DNA of 62,160 nt from a bacterium (lineage in GTDB: Bacteria; Bacillota_I; Bacilli_A; RF39; UBA660), in the NCBI GenBank assembly GCA_029007115.1, contig JAQXHG010000048.1, positions 1 to 62,160 of the forward strand, written 5' to 3'. Position 1 is the stretch's first letter; the number at the start of each line of letters is the position of its first letter. The notes under the pieces were generated by a model. It worked only from the letters and a program-made list of their open reading frames with translations. It made no database searches and was not told the origin of the DNA. The position numbers were made by a program, and so were the translations under genes. Shown here piece by piece: positions 1 through 9,066 of the stretch.

Positions 1-1
1 T

Positions 2-190
2 AATGACTTGATTGATCATGTTGCATTTGTAGAAAAGTATGAAAATGGTTATGTATATACTATTGAAGGTAATGTTGGTGGTAATTCAAGTATGTCACGA
101 GCAGAAAAAGCAAAGGTAAGAAAAGTAGTACAAAGAAAATATAAAAAGAATAGTTTACATTTATATGGATATGGAGTTCCAGAATATTAA
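2..190 (+). CDS. C-terminal fragment of a CHAP/NlpC-P60-type cell-wall amidase (5' end lies outside the window)
   Basis: The frame is open from the window edge. ...DLIDHVAFVEK..GYVYTIEGN.. resembles the catalytic-His / TIEGN C-terminal signature of CHAP domains. A hairpin terminator follows. Confidence 0.5.
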   Translation, partial: NDLIDHVAFVEKYENGYVYTIEGNVGGNSSMSRAEKAKVRKVVQRKYKKNSLHLYGYGVPEY

Positions 191-217
191 AAATACATTT
201 TTGTAAATGTATTTTTT
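191..217 (+). terminator. Rho-independent terminator
   Basis: Perfect 10-bp stem AAATACATTT / AAATGTATTT with a 4-nt loop, running into a T tract. Confidence 0.8.
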
Positions 218-236
218 ATTTGTAAATAAAGAATTA

Positions 237-265
237 TTGTTTAATGAATATATAAATGTTATAAT
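237..265 (+). promoter_or_regulatory. Sigma-A-type promoter of the IscU-like/GGGtGRT operon
   Basis: TTGTTT (237-242), 17-bp spacer, TG-n-TATAAT (257-265). About 30 nt upstream of the AGGAGG/ATG of the first gene. Confidence 0.55.
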
Positions 266-295
266 TTATATAAGTAGATAAGTAGGAGGTATGAT

Positions 296-988
296 ATGAT
301 TTATACAAAAGAAGTAGAAAGTATGTGTAAGGTAGCTAAAGGTGTAGAACATGGACCTGCTCCTATTCCAGAAGAGGGCAAATGGGTTAAGGCTCGTGAA
401 ATAAAAGATATAAGTGGACTTACACATGGTATCGGATGGTGTGCTCCACAACAAGGCGCATGTAAGTTAACTTTAAATATAAAAGAAGGAATAATACAAG
501 AAGCATTAGTTGAAACAATTGGATGTAGTGGTATGACTCATAGTGCTGCTATGGCAGGAGAGATATTAGTCGGAAAAACTATTTTAGAAGCATTAAATAC
601 TGATTTAGTTTGTGATGCAATTAATACAGCAATGAGAGAATTATTTTTGCAAATAGTATATGGAAGAAGTCAATCAGCATTTTCAGAAGGTGGCCTTGCA
701 ATTGGAGCTGGTCTTGAAGATTTGGGTAAAGGAACTAGGAGTCAAGTAGGAACAATTTATTCAACATTAGAAAAAGGGCCAAGATATTTAGAATTAGCAG
801 AGGGATATATTGTTGAAATTGGTCTTGATGAAAAAGATGAAATAATTGGATATAAATATGTAAATATGGGTAAGATGATGGAAAATATTAAAAAAGGAAT
901 GGATGCTATTGAAGCTATTGAAGCAGCTAGTGGTACTTATGGCAGATTTGAAGAAGCTGTTAAGAAAATAGATCCAAGACATGATTAG
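296..988 (+). CDS. IscU/NifU-like Fe-S scaffold-domain protein with a C-terminal extension
   Basis: AGGAGG lies 6 nt upstream. The three IscU-type cysteines sit in conserved contexts (QGAC, IGCSG, LVCDAI) with GKT..EAL between them. About 100 extra C-terminal residues. Confidence 0.75.
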   Translation: MIYTKEVESMCKVAKGVEHGPAPIPEEGKWVKAREIKDISGLTHGIGWCAPQQGACKLTLNIKEGIIQEALVETIGCSGMTHSAAMAGEILVGKTILEALNTDLVCDAINTAMRELFLQIVYGRSQSAFSEGGLAIGAGLEDLGKGTRSQVGTIYSTLEKGPRYLELAEGYIVEIGLDEKDEIIGYKYVNMGKMMENIKKGMDAIEAIEAASGTYGRFEEAVKKIDPRHD

Positions 989-997
989 GAGGATATA

Positions 998-1999
998 ATG
1001 GCATTATTTGAAAGTTATGATAGAAGAATTAAACAAATAGAAGAAGTAATGAAAAAATATGATATTAAAGATTTTGATGATGCAAGAAAAATATGTACTG
1101 ATAAGGGGTTTGATCCATATGAAATAGTTAAAAGTATCCAACCAATTTGTTTTGAAAACGCTTGTTGGGCTTATACATTAGGTGCCGCAATAGCAATTAA
1201 ATCAAATAGAACAAAAGCAAGTGAAGCTGCTGTAGCGATAGGAGAGGGATTACAAGCATTTTGTATCCCAGGAAGTGTAGCTGATGATAGAAAAGTTGGT
1301 CTTGGTCATGGAAATCTTGCATCTATGTTATTATCAGAAGATACTAAATGTTTTGCATTTCTAGCAGGACATGAATCATTTGCGGCAGCAGAAGGAGCTA
1401 TTGGAATCGCAAAAAGTGCTAATAAAGTTAGAAAAGAACCTTTAAGAGTAATATTAAATGGTCTTGGAAAAGATGCAGCTCAAATAATATCTAGAATAAA
1501 TGGTTTTACTTATGTTAAAACAGATTTTGATTTCTTTACGGGAAAAGTAAATGTAATTGAGAGAATTCCTTACTCTAATACAGAAAGAAGCAAGGTTAAT
1601 TGTTATGGATGTAATGATGTAAGAGAAGGCGTTGCTATAATGCATATGGAAGGTGTTGATGTGTCAATAACTGGAAATTCAACAAATCCTACTCGTTTTC
1701 AACATCCAGTAGCAGGAACATATAAAAAAGAATGTATTGAAAGAGGAAAAAAATATTTTTCAGTTGCATCAGGTGGTGGTACTGGAAGAACACTTCATCC
1801 AGATAATATGGCCGCAGGACCAGCTTCTTATGGTATGACAGATACTATGGGAAGAATGCATAGTGATGCTCAATTTGCTGGTTCTTCAAGTGTACCTGCA
1901 CATGTTGAAATGATGGGGCTTATTGGTATGGGAAATAATCCAATGGTAGGAGCAACAGTATCAGTATCAGTAGCGGTAGAAGAACACTGTAGTAAATAA
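998..1999 (+). CDS. GGGtGRT-family protein (function unknown)
   Basis: Contains the eponymous motif SVASGGGTGRTLHPDN plus the glycine-rich C-terminus. The start lies 9 nt after the upstream stop, preceded by AGGAGG. Confidence 0.85.
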   Translation: MALFESYDRRIKQIEEVMKKYDIKDFDDARKICTDKGFDPYEIVKSIQPICFENACWAYTLGAAIAIKSNRTKASEAAVAIGEGLQAFCIPGSVADDRKVGLGHGNLASMLLSEDTKCFAFLAGHESFAAAEGAIGIAKSANKVRKEPLRVILNGLGKDAAQIISRINGFTYVKTDFDFFTGKVNVIERIPYSNTERSKVNCYGCNDVREGVAIMHMEGVDVSITGNSTNPTRFQHPVAGTYKKECIERGKKYFSVASGGGTGRTLHPDNMAAGPASYGMTDTMGRMHSDAQFAGSSSVPAHVEMMGLIGMGNNPMVGATVSVSVAVEEHCSK

Positions 2000-2016
2000 T
2001 AAATAAAAAATAGTGG

Positions 2017-2892
2017 GTGATAAATGTGAGAAAATTTAAGATTGAAGGAACAAATGCAACTTTATTAAAAAGTATTGATAAAAAAATTATTAGAAAGAAA
2101 AAAATAAAAGGTTTATGTGCATATCCAAGAATTGTTCCACAAAATAAAATCTTAAAATTATTAAAAGGTAGTAATTTAAAATATCCTAAATTAATAAGAA
2201 ATAGATTATTAACAGTTGATATTGAATATATAGAAGGAAAGCCAATTGCTGATATAGATAAGAATTATCTTACAGGAATAGTTTGTAACTATATATATGA
2301 AATGAGTAAAATTGATTGTACATCTATTAAAAAATATTCAAAATGGACAAATAACTCTGAATTTTTATACTATCAGATAAATAATTTATTACTGCTTGTT
2401 AGAAAAAGCGGGTATATAGATAAATTAAAGAGAGTGGGAATAGATTTTAATTCGCTTTTAGCAATAAAAAATATTAAACTTGATGATAATAGAAGACAAA
2501 TGTTAATACACGGAGATATTAATAAAAATAATATTATTCAAGATAATAGCCAATTTACACTAATAGATTGGGAGTTATCTTGTTATGCTGATATTGCATA
2601 TGATTTAGCTTTATTTTTCATAAATGAAAGTTATAATGAATCAGAAATGAATGTTGTAATTGATAGATTATGTGGCTCGTTGTTATTAGATCCAAATACA
2701 ATTATGAGAGATGTTTCTATATATATGAAATTTGAATATTATAGAAAAAGTATAGTGGGATTTATTGAGGCAATAAATCTAAAAAATAAAAAGCAATCAA
2801 ATGATAATTTATTACAACAAACTTATGAATATTATTCAAAAATAACTAGACCATTAATATTAGATAATATTAGAAATATAATTAACAATTAG
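2017..2892 (+). CDS. APH/choline-kinase-type phosphotransferase
   Basis: Brenner motif LIHGDINKNN and the downstream IDWE motif. GTG start 17 nt after the GGGtGRT stop; an alternative GTG lies at 2026. Confidence 0.7.
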   Translation: MINVRKFKIEGTNATLLKSIDKKIIRKKKIKGLCAYPRIVPQNKILKLLKGSNLKYPKLIRNRLLTVDIEYIEGKPIADIDKNYLTGIVCNYIYEMSKIDCTSIKKYSKWTNNSEFLYYQINNLLLLVRKSGYIDKLKRVGIDFNSLLAIKNIKLDDNRRQMLIHGDINKNNIIQDNSQFTLIDWELSCYADIAYDLALFFINESYNESEMNVVIDRLCGSLLLDPNTIMRDVSIYMKFEYYRKSIVGFIEAINLKNKKQSNDNLLQQTYEYYSKITRPLILDNIRNIINN

Positions 2893-2902
2893 AATAAATA
2901 TT

Positions 2903-2931
2903 AAACATATACTCAAATGTATATGTTTTTT
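2903..2931 (+). terminator. Rho-independent terminator
   Basis: Stem AAACATATAC / GTATATGTTT with a 6-nt loop and a T tract. Confidence 0.8.
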
Positions 2932-2959
2932 AGTTTATTTATGATAAAATACTAAAAAG

Positions 2960-3008
2960 CAACTAAAAATTGACAAAAAACAACTAAAAATTGGTAGTAC
3001 GCAACTGG
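2960..3008 (+). promoter_or_regulatory. Phased direct repeats (putative operator) overlapping the promoter of the XRE gene
   Basis: CAACTAAAAATTG occurs at 2960-2972 and 2981-2993, and CAACT again at 3002-3006. All three are spaced exactly 21 bp apart. TTGACA (2970-2975) and TTGGTA (2991-2996) -35-like hexamers are embedded. Confidence 0.45.
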
Positions 3009-3044
3009 CTGTTATTATAGAATTTGGGTATGAAAGGAGGAAAA

Positions 3045-4427
3045 ATGAACTTAAAAGAAAACTTAAAAAAGATTAGAAAAGATAATAATTTATCACAAGA
3101 AGATTTAGCAGAAAAACTAGGAGTATCAAGACAATCAGTTTCTAAATGGGAATCTGGACAAGCATATCCAGAAATGGATAAAGTAATACAAATATGTAAT
3201 TTATTCAATTTGAATATTGATGATTTACTAAATCAGAATATTAAAGAGGTAGAAAATAATAATAAATCTAAAGTTAACATTAATAAATATATAGATGATT
3301 TTTTAGATTTTATTACTAAAACAATTAAAATGTTTTCTAGTATGAAGTTTAAGGATAAATTAATATGTTTATTTGAACAATGCGTTGTAGTTGGAATGAT
3401 AGCCTTAATATTTTTATGTGTTGGAGCAGTATTATTAGGTATTGTAGATAACATTTTGTGTTTACTTCCAGAGAGCATTAGTTATGCATTATGTAATATC
3501 TTAAGTTCCATATATTTATTTATATCTGTTATTTTAACAATAATAATTCTTATTCATGTATTTAAAACTAGATATTTAAATTATTATATTATTGTTGATG
3601 CTGATGAAGAAAATAATGAATTAGTAGATGAAACTAGAGTTGTTGAAAATAAAAATGTTAATTATAAATTTATAGAAGAAAAGAAAGAAAAAATTATTAT
3701 AAGAGACCCTAAACATTCAGAATATAAATTTTTAAATGGTATACTTAAATGTTTATTATTTGTTGTTAAAGTACTAGATGCATTTATTGGACTTTTCTTC
3801 TGCTTTACATTTGTAGTCTTCATAATAGCATTTGTATTATCGTTCTTGATAGTTAAGAGTGGATTATTATTCTTTGGTATATTATTAATTGTCATTTCAT
3901 GTATTATAATAAACTATATTATTCTTAATATTTCATATAATTTTATTATTAATAAAAAGGTTAAAAAAGTATTAATTGGTATGTTAATACTATTATCATT
4001 GGTTTTATTTGGAACGGGAAGTGGTTTATCTCTTGTTAGTATTAAAGATTTTAAATTATTAGAAACACCTAATTCTAATAATATTGTTACAAGTGAAAGA
4101 ATAATTGAAATGAGTGATGATCTTATTATAGAAGTAGAAGATAATAATATTAAAATTATAGAAAGTGATAATAGTGATTTAAGATTTGTTATAAAAAATA
4201 TTAAGGGATGTAAAACTAAATTTTACGAAGGTGATATGGATATAATATATTATTATAATGTTTGTGATTTTAGTCCAGAATTATTTAAAGGGTTTGTTGA
4301 TTCAATAAATAATAAAGAAATATTAGATTATTCATATAATGAGGTAGAATTATATACAAATGCTAAAAATATAGAAACATTAAAAACAAATAAAAGAAAG
4401 TTTTATAACTATGATGAAGAATATTAA
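3045..4427 (+). CDS. Membrane-bound XRE-family (HTH_3) transcriptional regulator
   Basis: The N-terminus LSQEDLAEKLGVSRQSVSKWESGQAYPE is a canonical Cro/C1 HTH, followed by several hydrophobic helices and a C-terminal extracytoplasmic domain. Start moved to ATG 3045, behind AAAGGAGG. Confidence 0.8.
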   Translation: MNLKENLKKIRKDNNLSQEDLAEKLGVSRQSVSKWESGQAYPEMDKVIQICNLFNLNIDDLLNQNIKEVENNNKSKVNINKYIDDFLDFITKTIKMFSSMKFKDKLICLFEQCVVVGMIALIFLCVGAVLLGIVDNILCLLPESISYALCNILSSIYLFISVILTIIILIHVFKTRYLNYYIIVDADEENNELVDETRVVENKNVNYKFIEEKKEKIIIRDPKHSEYKFLNGILKCLLFVVKVLDAFIGLFFCFTFVVFIIAFVLSFLIVKSGLLFFGILLIVISCIIINYIILNISYNFIINKKVKKVLIGMLILLSLVLFGTGSGLSLVSIKDFKLLETPNSNNIVTSERIIEMSDDLIIEVEDNNIKIIESDNSDLRFVIKNIKGCKTKFYEGDMDIIYYYNVCDFSPELFKGFVDSINNKEILDYSYNEVELYTNAKNIETLKTNKRKFYNYDEEY

Positions 4428-4441
4428 TAAATAATATTTTA

Positions 4442-4478
4442 AAAGGATTATAATTATTATAAATTATAATCCTTTTTA
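4442..4478. terminator. Bidirectional hairpin terminator between convergent genes
   Basis: 14-bp stem AAAGGATTATAATT / AATTATAATCCTTT, flanked by A and T tracts. Confidence 0.8.
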
Positions 4479-4486
4479 TAATTATA

Positions 4487-4831
4487 CTATTTTTTATCAA
4501 TTGTATTTTTAATAGATGAATAAGTTAATCCTATATTAAGTAAAAGACCAATTATATATCCAACAACTGAAGGTGCACTATAATCATTTTTTAAAGATAC
4601 AACTAATATTGCATTGATTAAATAGCATCCAATATACAAATATAAATACGGTAATGGTTTTCCTTTTAGCATATAAACTAATGCAACTACTTCACCAATA
4701 CATGCTAATGTTGATATTATGTATATATAACCAGCATTAATTGCAAGTGCGTTTGATATCACACCTATAGAGGCAATTACAAGAATAAAGATTAACCAAA
4801 CTTTACCAATTGTAGGTATTTTTTCTGACAT
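4487..4831 (-). CDS. Small integral membrane protein (about 4 TM), function unknown
   Basis: AGGAGG lies upstream on the minus strand. The 114-aa protein is almost wholly hydrophobic. Confidence 0.5.
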   Translation of the reverse strand: MSEKIPTIGKVWLIFILVIASIGVISNALAINAGYIYIISTLACIGEVVALVYMLKGKPLPYLYLYIGCYLINAILVVSLKNDYSAPSVVGYIIGLLLNIGLTYSSIKNTIDKK

Positions 4832-5379
4832 ATTATATCCTCCTTAATTATAATATAACATATTTTTTATTAATTTTATATACTGATTGATAGTTAAAAG
4901 TTTTTTGATATACTGTTATGAGTAATATATATTCAAAAAAGTATTAATGATAAGAAGTTGATTTAAATTTTTAATGGAGAAGAACAAACAAATAAAATTG
5001 TTGAATTCATAAGAGGTATATTGCTATTGATAATTATGTAGTTGACAAAATTATGTTGATAAATTGTTAATCGTACCAATAGGTAATTATTGGAATAAAA
5101 ATAATAATATAAATTTATTTAGAATAAAGATGACAGAAAAGTATGAAAATGATAAAATAAAAGTGAAGAGTATAATAATTCTAGATATACATGTGAATTA
5201 TTTAGAAAAACTTGATAAAATAGAAAATTATTTTATTTTAAATAATGTGCCTAAATAGGATATATCAAGTACTAATATTTGGAATACTATTAAAGATTTT
5301 TATAATATTAGTAATGTACTTGATAAGCATGTTTTAGATACTACTTTAAAATATAATTTATATAATGATTAGGAGAAGT

Positions 5380-5850
5380 ATGAAAGAAGAAATAATAATA
5401 AAAAAATTAATATCTAATAAAGAAACAATTGCAACTATGGAGTCTTGTACAGCAGGATATTTAGTGGCTAATTTAACTAATGTAGATGGTTCTAGTGAAG
5501 TTATAAAAGTATCTCTTGTTACTTATTCAAATGAATATAAAATTAAATTTGGAGTTAAAGCTCAAACTATAGAAAAATATAGTGTTTATAGTAATGAAAC
5601 ATCAAGAGAGATGGCAAAAAGCGTAAGTGAATTTGCAAATAGTACATATGGAATTGGTATTACTGGGCAGATAAACAGAGTAGATCCTAATAATCCCTAT
5701 GGAAAAGATAATGAAATATTTGTGACTATTTATAACTCAAAAAATAAAGAATATAATGATTTTATAATAATTTGTCCAAATAAAAAAAGAAAATTATGTA
5801 AAGAATATATAATTGACAAAGTATATGATAAATTAATTGAAATTTTATAG
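5380..5850 (+). CDS. CinA C-terminal-domain / PncC-type nicotinamide-nucleotide amidohydrolase
   Basis: The MESCTAGYL motif matches ESCTGG of the CinA family; the fold is about 155 aa. Start moved to ATG 5380, behind AGGAG. Confidence 0.7.
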   Translation: MKEEIIIKKLISNKETIATMESCTAGYLVANLTNVDGSSEVIKVSLVTYSNEYKIKFGVKAQTIEKYSVYSNETSREMAKSVSEFANSTYGIGITGQINRVDPNNPYGKDNEIFVTIYNSKNKEYNDFIIICPNKKRKLCKEYIIDKVYDKLIEIL

Positions 5851-6025
5851 GAGAAAATATTAATTATTTGGTAGAACTTAAAAATAAAAATATAGGTATT
5901 TATCCAATTGAACAATTAGTACTTACTAAAGAGAAGAATGTTGTATCTATTGATAACCTAAAAGATTTAGTTAATTATTTAAATATATAATAGTAATAAA
6001 TTTTTATAGTCAACATATTATTAGT

Positions 6026-7021
6026 ATGAAGAAAATATTAATAATATTGTTGTTTTTTTTATGCGTTAAAGTTAATGCATCAATAGTAGTAATGGATGCA
6101 GATAGTGGAAGAGTTTTATATAGTGAAAATATGAATGAAAGAAAGTTAATAGCTTCGACAACTAAAATTATGACAAGTATTATAGCCTTAGAAAATGGGA
6201 ACTTGGAAGATATTTTTAAAGCAGGTAGAGAGATAAGAGAAGTAAATGGTTCAATGATTTACATAAAAGAGAATGAAAGTATGTCACTTAATGATTTATT
6301 ATATGGACTAATGCTTAGAAGTGGAAATGATGCGGCTATGGTTATAGCTAATAATGTACTTGGTTATGACAATTTTATTGCTCAGATGAATATTAAAGCA
6401 TTTAAACTTGGTATGAATTATACTACTTTTGAAAATCCACATGGTCTTAATGATAATACTAAAAACTATTCAACAGCATATGATTTATCTTTACTAATGA
6501 AATATGCAATTAATAATGAAGAGTTTCTTAAAATAACAAGTACTAAAAAATACAAAGATTGGTATAATAAAAATGAATTATTGTCAGACTATAAATATCT
6601 AATTAGTGGAAAGATTGGATATACACAAAAAAGTGGACAAGTTTTTGTAAGTGCTGCTAGAAAAAATAATAAAACATTAATAATTTCATCAATTGATGAG
6701 GGTGATAAATTTAATTTGCATAAAAAACTATATGAAAAATATTTTGAAATGTATGATAAATATAAAATATTAAATAAGTATACTTTTTCTTTTAAAGTAA
6801 AAAATAAAAATAATAATCATTATTTTATATTAGATGATTTTGATATGCTTATGAAAAAAGATGAAATAGATAAATTAAAAATTGAAGCTGATTTAGACAA
6901 TGAATATGTTCTTGTATATCTTTCTAACAAACTAATACATACAGAAAAACTATATAAAAATACATATAATCTTACTAAAAGAAGTAAATTAAAAGAGTTA
7001 TTGTCATTTTTTAAATTTTAA
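6026..7021 (+). CDS. Serine-type D-Ala-D-Ala carboxypeptidase (peptidase S11)
   Basis: Signal peptide, then the SxxK (ASTTK), SxN (SGND) and K[TS]G-like (KIGYT) motifs in the correct order. Confidence 0.8.
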   Translation: MKKILIILLFFLCVKVNASIVVMDADSGRVLYSENMNERKLIASTTKIMTSIIALENGNLEDIFKAGREIREVNGSMIYIKENESMSLNDLLYGLMLRSGNDAAMVIANNVLGYDNFIAQMNIKAFKLGMNYTTFENPHGLNDNTKNYSTAYDLSLLMKYAINNEEFLKITSTKKYKDWYNKNELLSDYKYLISGKIGYTQKSGQVFVSAARKNNKTLIISSIDEGDKFNLHKKLYEKYFEMYDKYKILNKYTFSFKVKNKNNNHYFILDDFDMLMKKDEIDKLKIEADLDNEYVLVYLSNKLIHTEKLYKNTYNLTKRSKLKELLSFFKF

Positions 7022-7047
7022 TGTAAAATGTATGCAGGTGACTAAAT

Positions 7048-7761
7048 ATGGAAAGATTACAAAAATATTTAAGTGCTTGTGGGGTAGCATCTAGGCGCAA
7101 AAGTGAAGAGTTGATTTTAAATGGTAAAGTTAAAGTAAATGGAGTTATTGTTTGCGAACTTGGTAGTAAAGTAAGTGATAGTGATACTATCATGGTAGAT
7201 GGATTAATTGTAAATAGACAAGATAAAGAATATTATTTATTATATAAACCTGAAAAAACTATATGTTCAGTTAGTGATGATAAAGGTAGAGTTTGTGTTG
7301 TTGATTTAATTGATACTAAAGAAAAAATATTTCCAGTTGGAAGACTTGATTATGATACGAGTGGTTTATTACTTTTAACAAACGATGGAAATATAACAAA
7401 TAAATTAACTCATCCTAAAGGAAATGTTGAAAAAACATATTTAGCTAAAGTAGATGGAATTGTTACAAAAGATGAACTTAGTATGCTAGAAAAAGGAATA
7501 ATATTAGATGGAGTTAAGACTAAAAGAGCACTAGCAAAATTAAAAAAAGTAGATAAAAAGAATAATAAGTCATATGTTGAATTAACAATAACAGAAGGAA
7601 GAAATCATCAAGTTAAGAACATGTTTAATTTTATAGGTCATAAAGTATTAAAATTAAAAAGAATATCATATGCTTTTTTAACATTAGATAATCTTAGTAT
7701 TGGAGAATATAGACGTTTGACTATAAAAGAAGTAAAACAATTATATAATTATGTAAAATAA
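7048..7761 (+). CDS. rluB: RluB/RsuA-family pseudouridine synthase with an S4 domain
   Basis: N-terminal S4 motif (MERLQKYLSACGVASRRK..) and the catalytic GRLDYDTSGLLLLTNDG motif. Confidence 0.85.
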   Translation: MERLQKYLSACGVASRRKSEELILNGKVKVNGVIVCELGSKVSDSDTIMVDGLIVNRQDKEYYLLYKPEKTICSVSDDKGRVCVVDLIDTKEKIFPVGRLDYDTSGLLLLTNDGNITNKLTHPKGNVEKTYLAKVDGIVTKDELSMLEKGIILDGVKTKRALAKLKKVDKKNNKSYVELTITEGRNHQVKNMFNFIGHKVLKLKRISYAFLTLDNLSIGEYRRLTIKEVKQLYNYVK

Positions 7762-7764
7762 AAA

Positions 7765-7786
7765 AATAGATTAGTCTATTTTTTTA
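7765..7786. terminator. Hairpin shared by convergent rluB and the ferredoxin gene
   Basis: AATAGA-TTAG-TCTATT, flanked by A and T runs. Confidence 0.5.
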
Positions 7787-7987
7787 TTTTTCTTCTTCAA
7801 TTACAATTGCTTCTCCAGGACAAGCTTCAACAATATTAAGTAATTCTTTTTTATCTTCTTCATCAATTACTTCTTTGATAACCTCACTAAATCCTTCATC
7901 ATTAATTGTAAAATATTTATCGTATTGAGCAGCGCATAAACCACATCCAATACAATTTTCATTAACTCTTAATTTTTCCATTTTCAT
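7784..7987 (-). CDS. Small single-cluster ferredoxin
   Basis: CIGCGLC ... CPGEAI cysteine pattern in a 67-aa acidic protein. Confidence 0.8.
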   Translation of the reverse strand: MKMEKLRVNENCIGCGLCAAQYDKYFTINDEGFSEVIKEVIDEEDKKELLNIVEACPGEAIVIEEEK

Positions 7988-8086
7988 TTTCTCCTTATCA
8001 ATACTATTGTAACTTAAAAAAATTAAAAAATCTATGCTTTATTGAAAAGTATGTCTAATTATGTTATCATTAACATGGTGAATGCT

Positions 8087-9028
8087 ATGAGTTCAAGGAT
8101 GGATAAATATGAAAATAATATTAGTTATGATAGTTTGAGTAGAACTAAAAGAAATGAACATATATATAACTCAACAGATATGAATGAACTATCAAGAATT
8201 AAGACTAATAATAATGTTAGTATAATTTCTGATGGTGGAAAAACTGTTAATTTAGAAAAGATTAAAAGTTATATAGATAGCATAAATAATAACGATGAAG
8301 ATGAAAGAAAGAAGATTTCTATTGATATACCTGAAAAAGAAGAATTAGTCATTGTCAGAAAAGAAGAAAAAGATTATGATATAAATGCTGTTTTAGAAAA
8401 AGCAAAGGAAAATCAGGAAACTGATTATGAAGAAAATAGACATAGAAAGATAAATAATACTCAAATAGATATATTAAAGAGTATAAAAATAAAAAATACT
8501 AAGAAATCTGAGGATCTAACTCCGTCTGTAGATGAACTTAATACTGAAGAAAAAACTATTGTTGATTTAATACAAAATATTCAAAATAATAGTAGTAATG
8601 CTAAAAAAGAAAGTAAAAATGATTTATTTGAAGATTTAATGGGAGAAGATGATGATACTGTAGTTATGGGTGCTAAAGATAATGGCAATATAAAAGAAGA
8701 ACTACTTAGTATGACACAAGATTTAGAAAATATTAAACTACCTGAAAATGATTTTACACAAGAAATTAACATTGAAATAGAAAAATTAAAATCTAAAGAC
8801 AATGAAGAAGATGATAGTGATAATACAGATGAAATAAAACAAGATGATTCTTTCTATACAAATTCTGTATCTTTTGATAAATCAGATTTTGAAGGATTTG
8901 AAGATTTAGAAGATACTGCTAAGAAGAGTAGTATGCTTACGAAAATTGCTATAGTTCTTGTATTGTTATTGTTACTTGGAACAATCTTTATTATAGTAAA
9001 TTATGTATTTGATTTGAATTTAATATAA
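8087..9028 (+). CDS. Acidic, low-complexity protein with a C-terminal TM anchor, function unknown
   Basis: Long open frame in AT-rich DNA with a hydrophobic tail (IAIVLVLLLLLGTIFIIV). The TTG start in the ORF track (8042) coincides with a TTGAAA-17-TATCAT promoter, so the start is placed at ATG 8087. ATG 8075 is also possible. Confidence 0.5.
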   Translation: MSSRMDKYENNISYDSLSRTKRNEHIYNSTDMNELSRIKTNNNVSIISDGGKTVNLEKIKSYIDSINNNDEDERKKISIDIPEKEELVIVRKEEKDYDINAVLEKAKENQETDYEENRHRKINNTQIDILKSIKIKNTKKSEDLTPSVDELNTEEKTIVDLIQNIQNNSSNAKKESKNDLFEDLMGEDDDTVVMGAKDNGNIKEELLSMTQDLENIKLPENDFTQEINIEIEKLKSKDNEEDDSDNTDEIKQDDSFYTNSVSFDKSDFEGFEDLEDTAKKSSMLTKIAIVLVLLLLLGTIFIIVNYVFDLNLI

Positions 9029-9066
9029 CAGAAGTATTTATTACTTCTTTTTAAATATAATTTAAT

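Noticed and set aside
5868-5990. 40-codon TTG-initiated ORF between the cinA-like gene and the DD-carboxypeptidase gene (LVELKNKNIGIYPIEQLVLTKEKNVVSIDNLKDLVNYLNI).
   Set aside because: TTG start with a 14-nt spacing from the only AGGAG (which overlaps the cinA stop), and no recognisable family. Possibly a real micro-ORF, but the evidence is insufficient.
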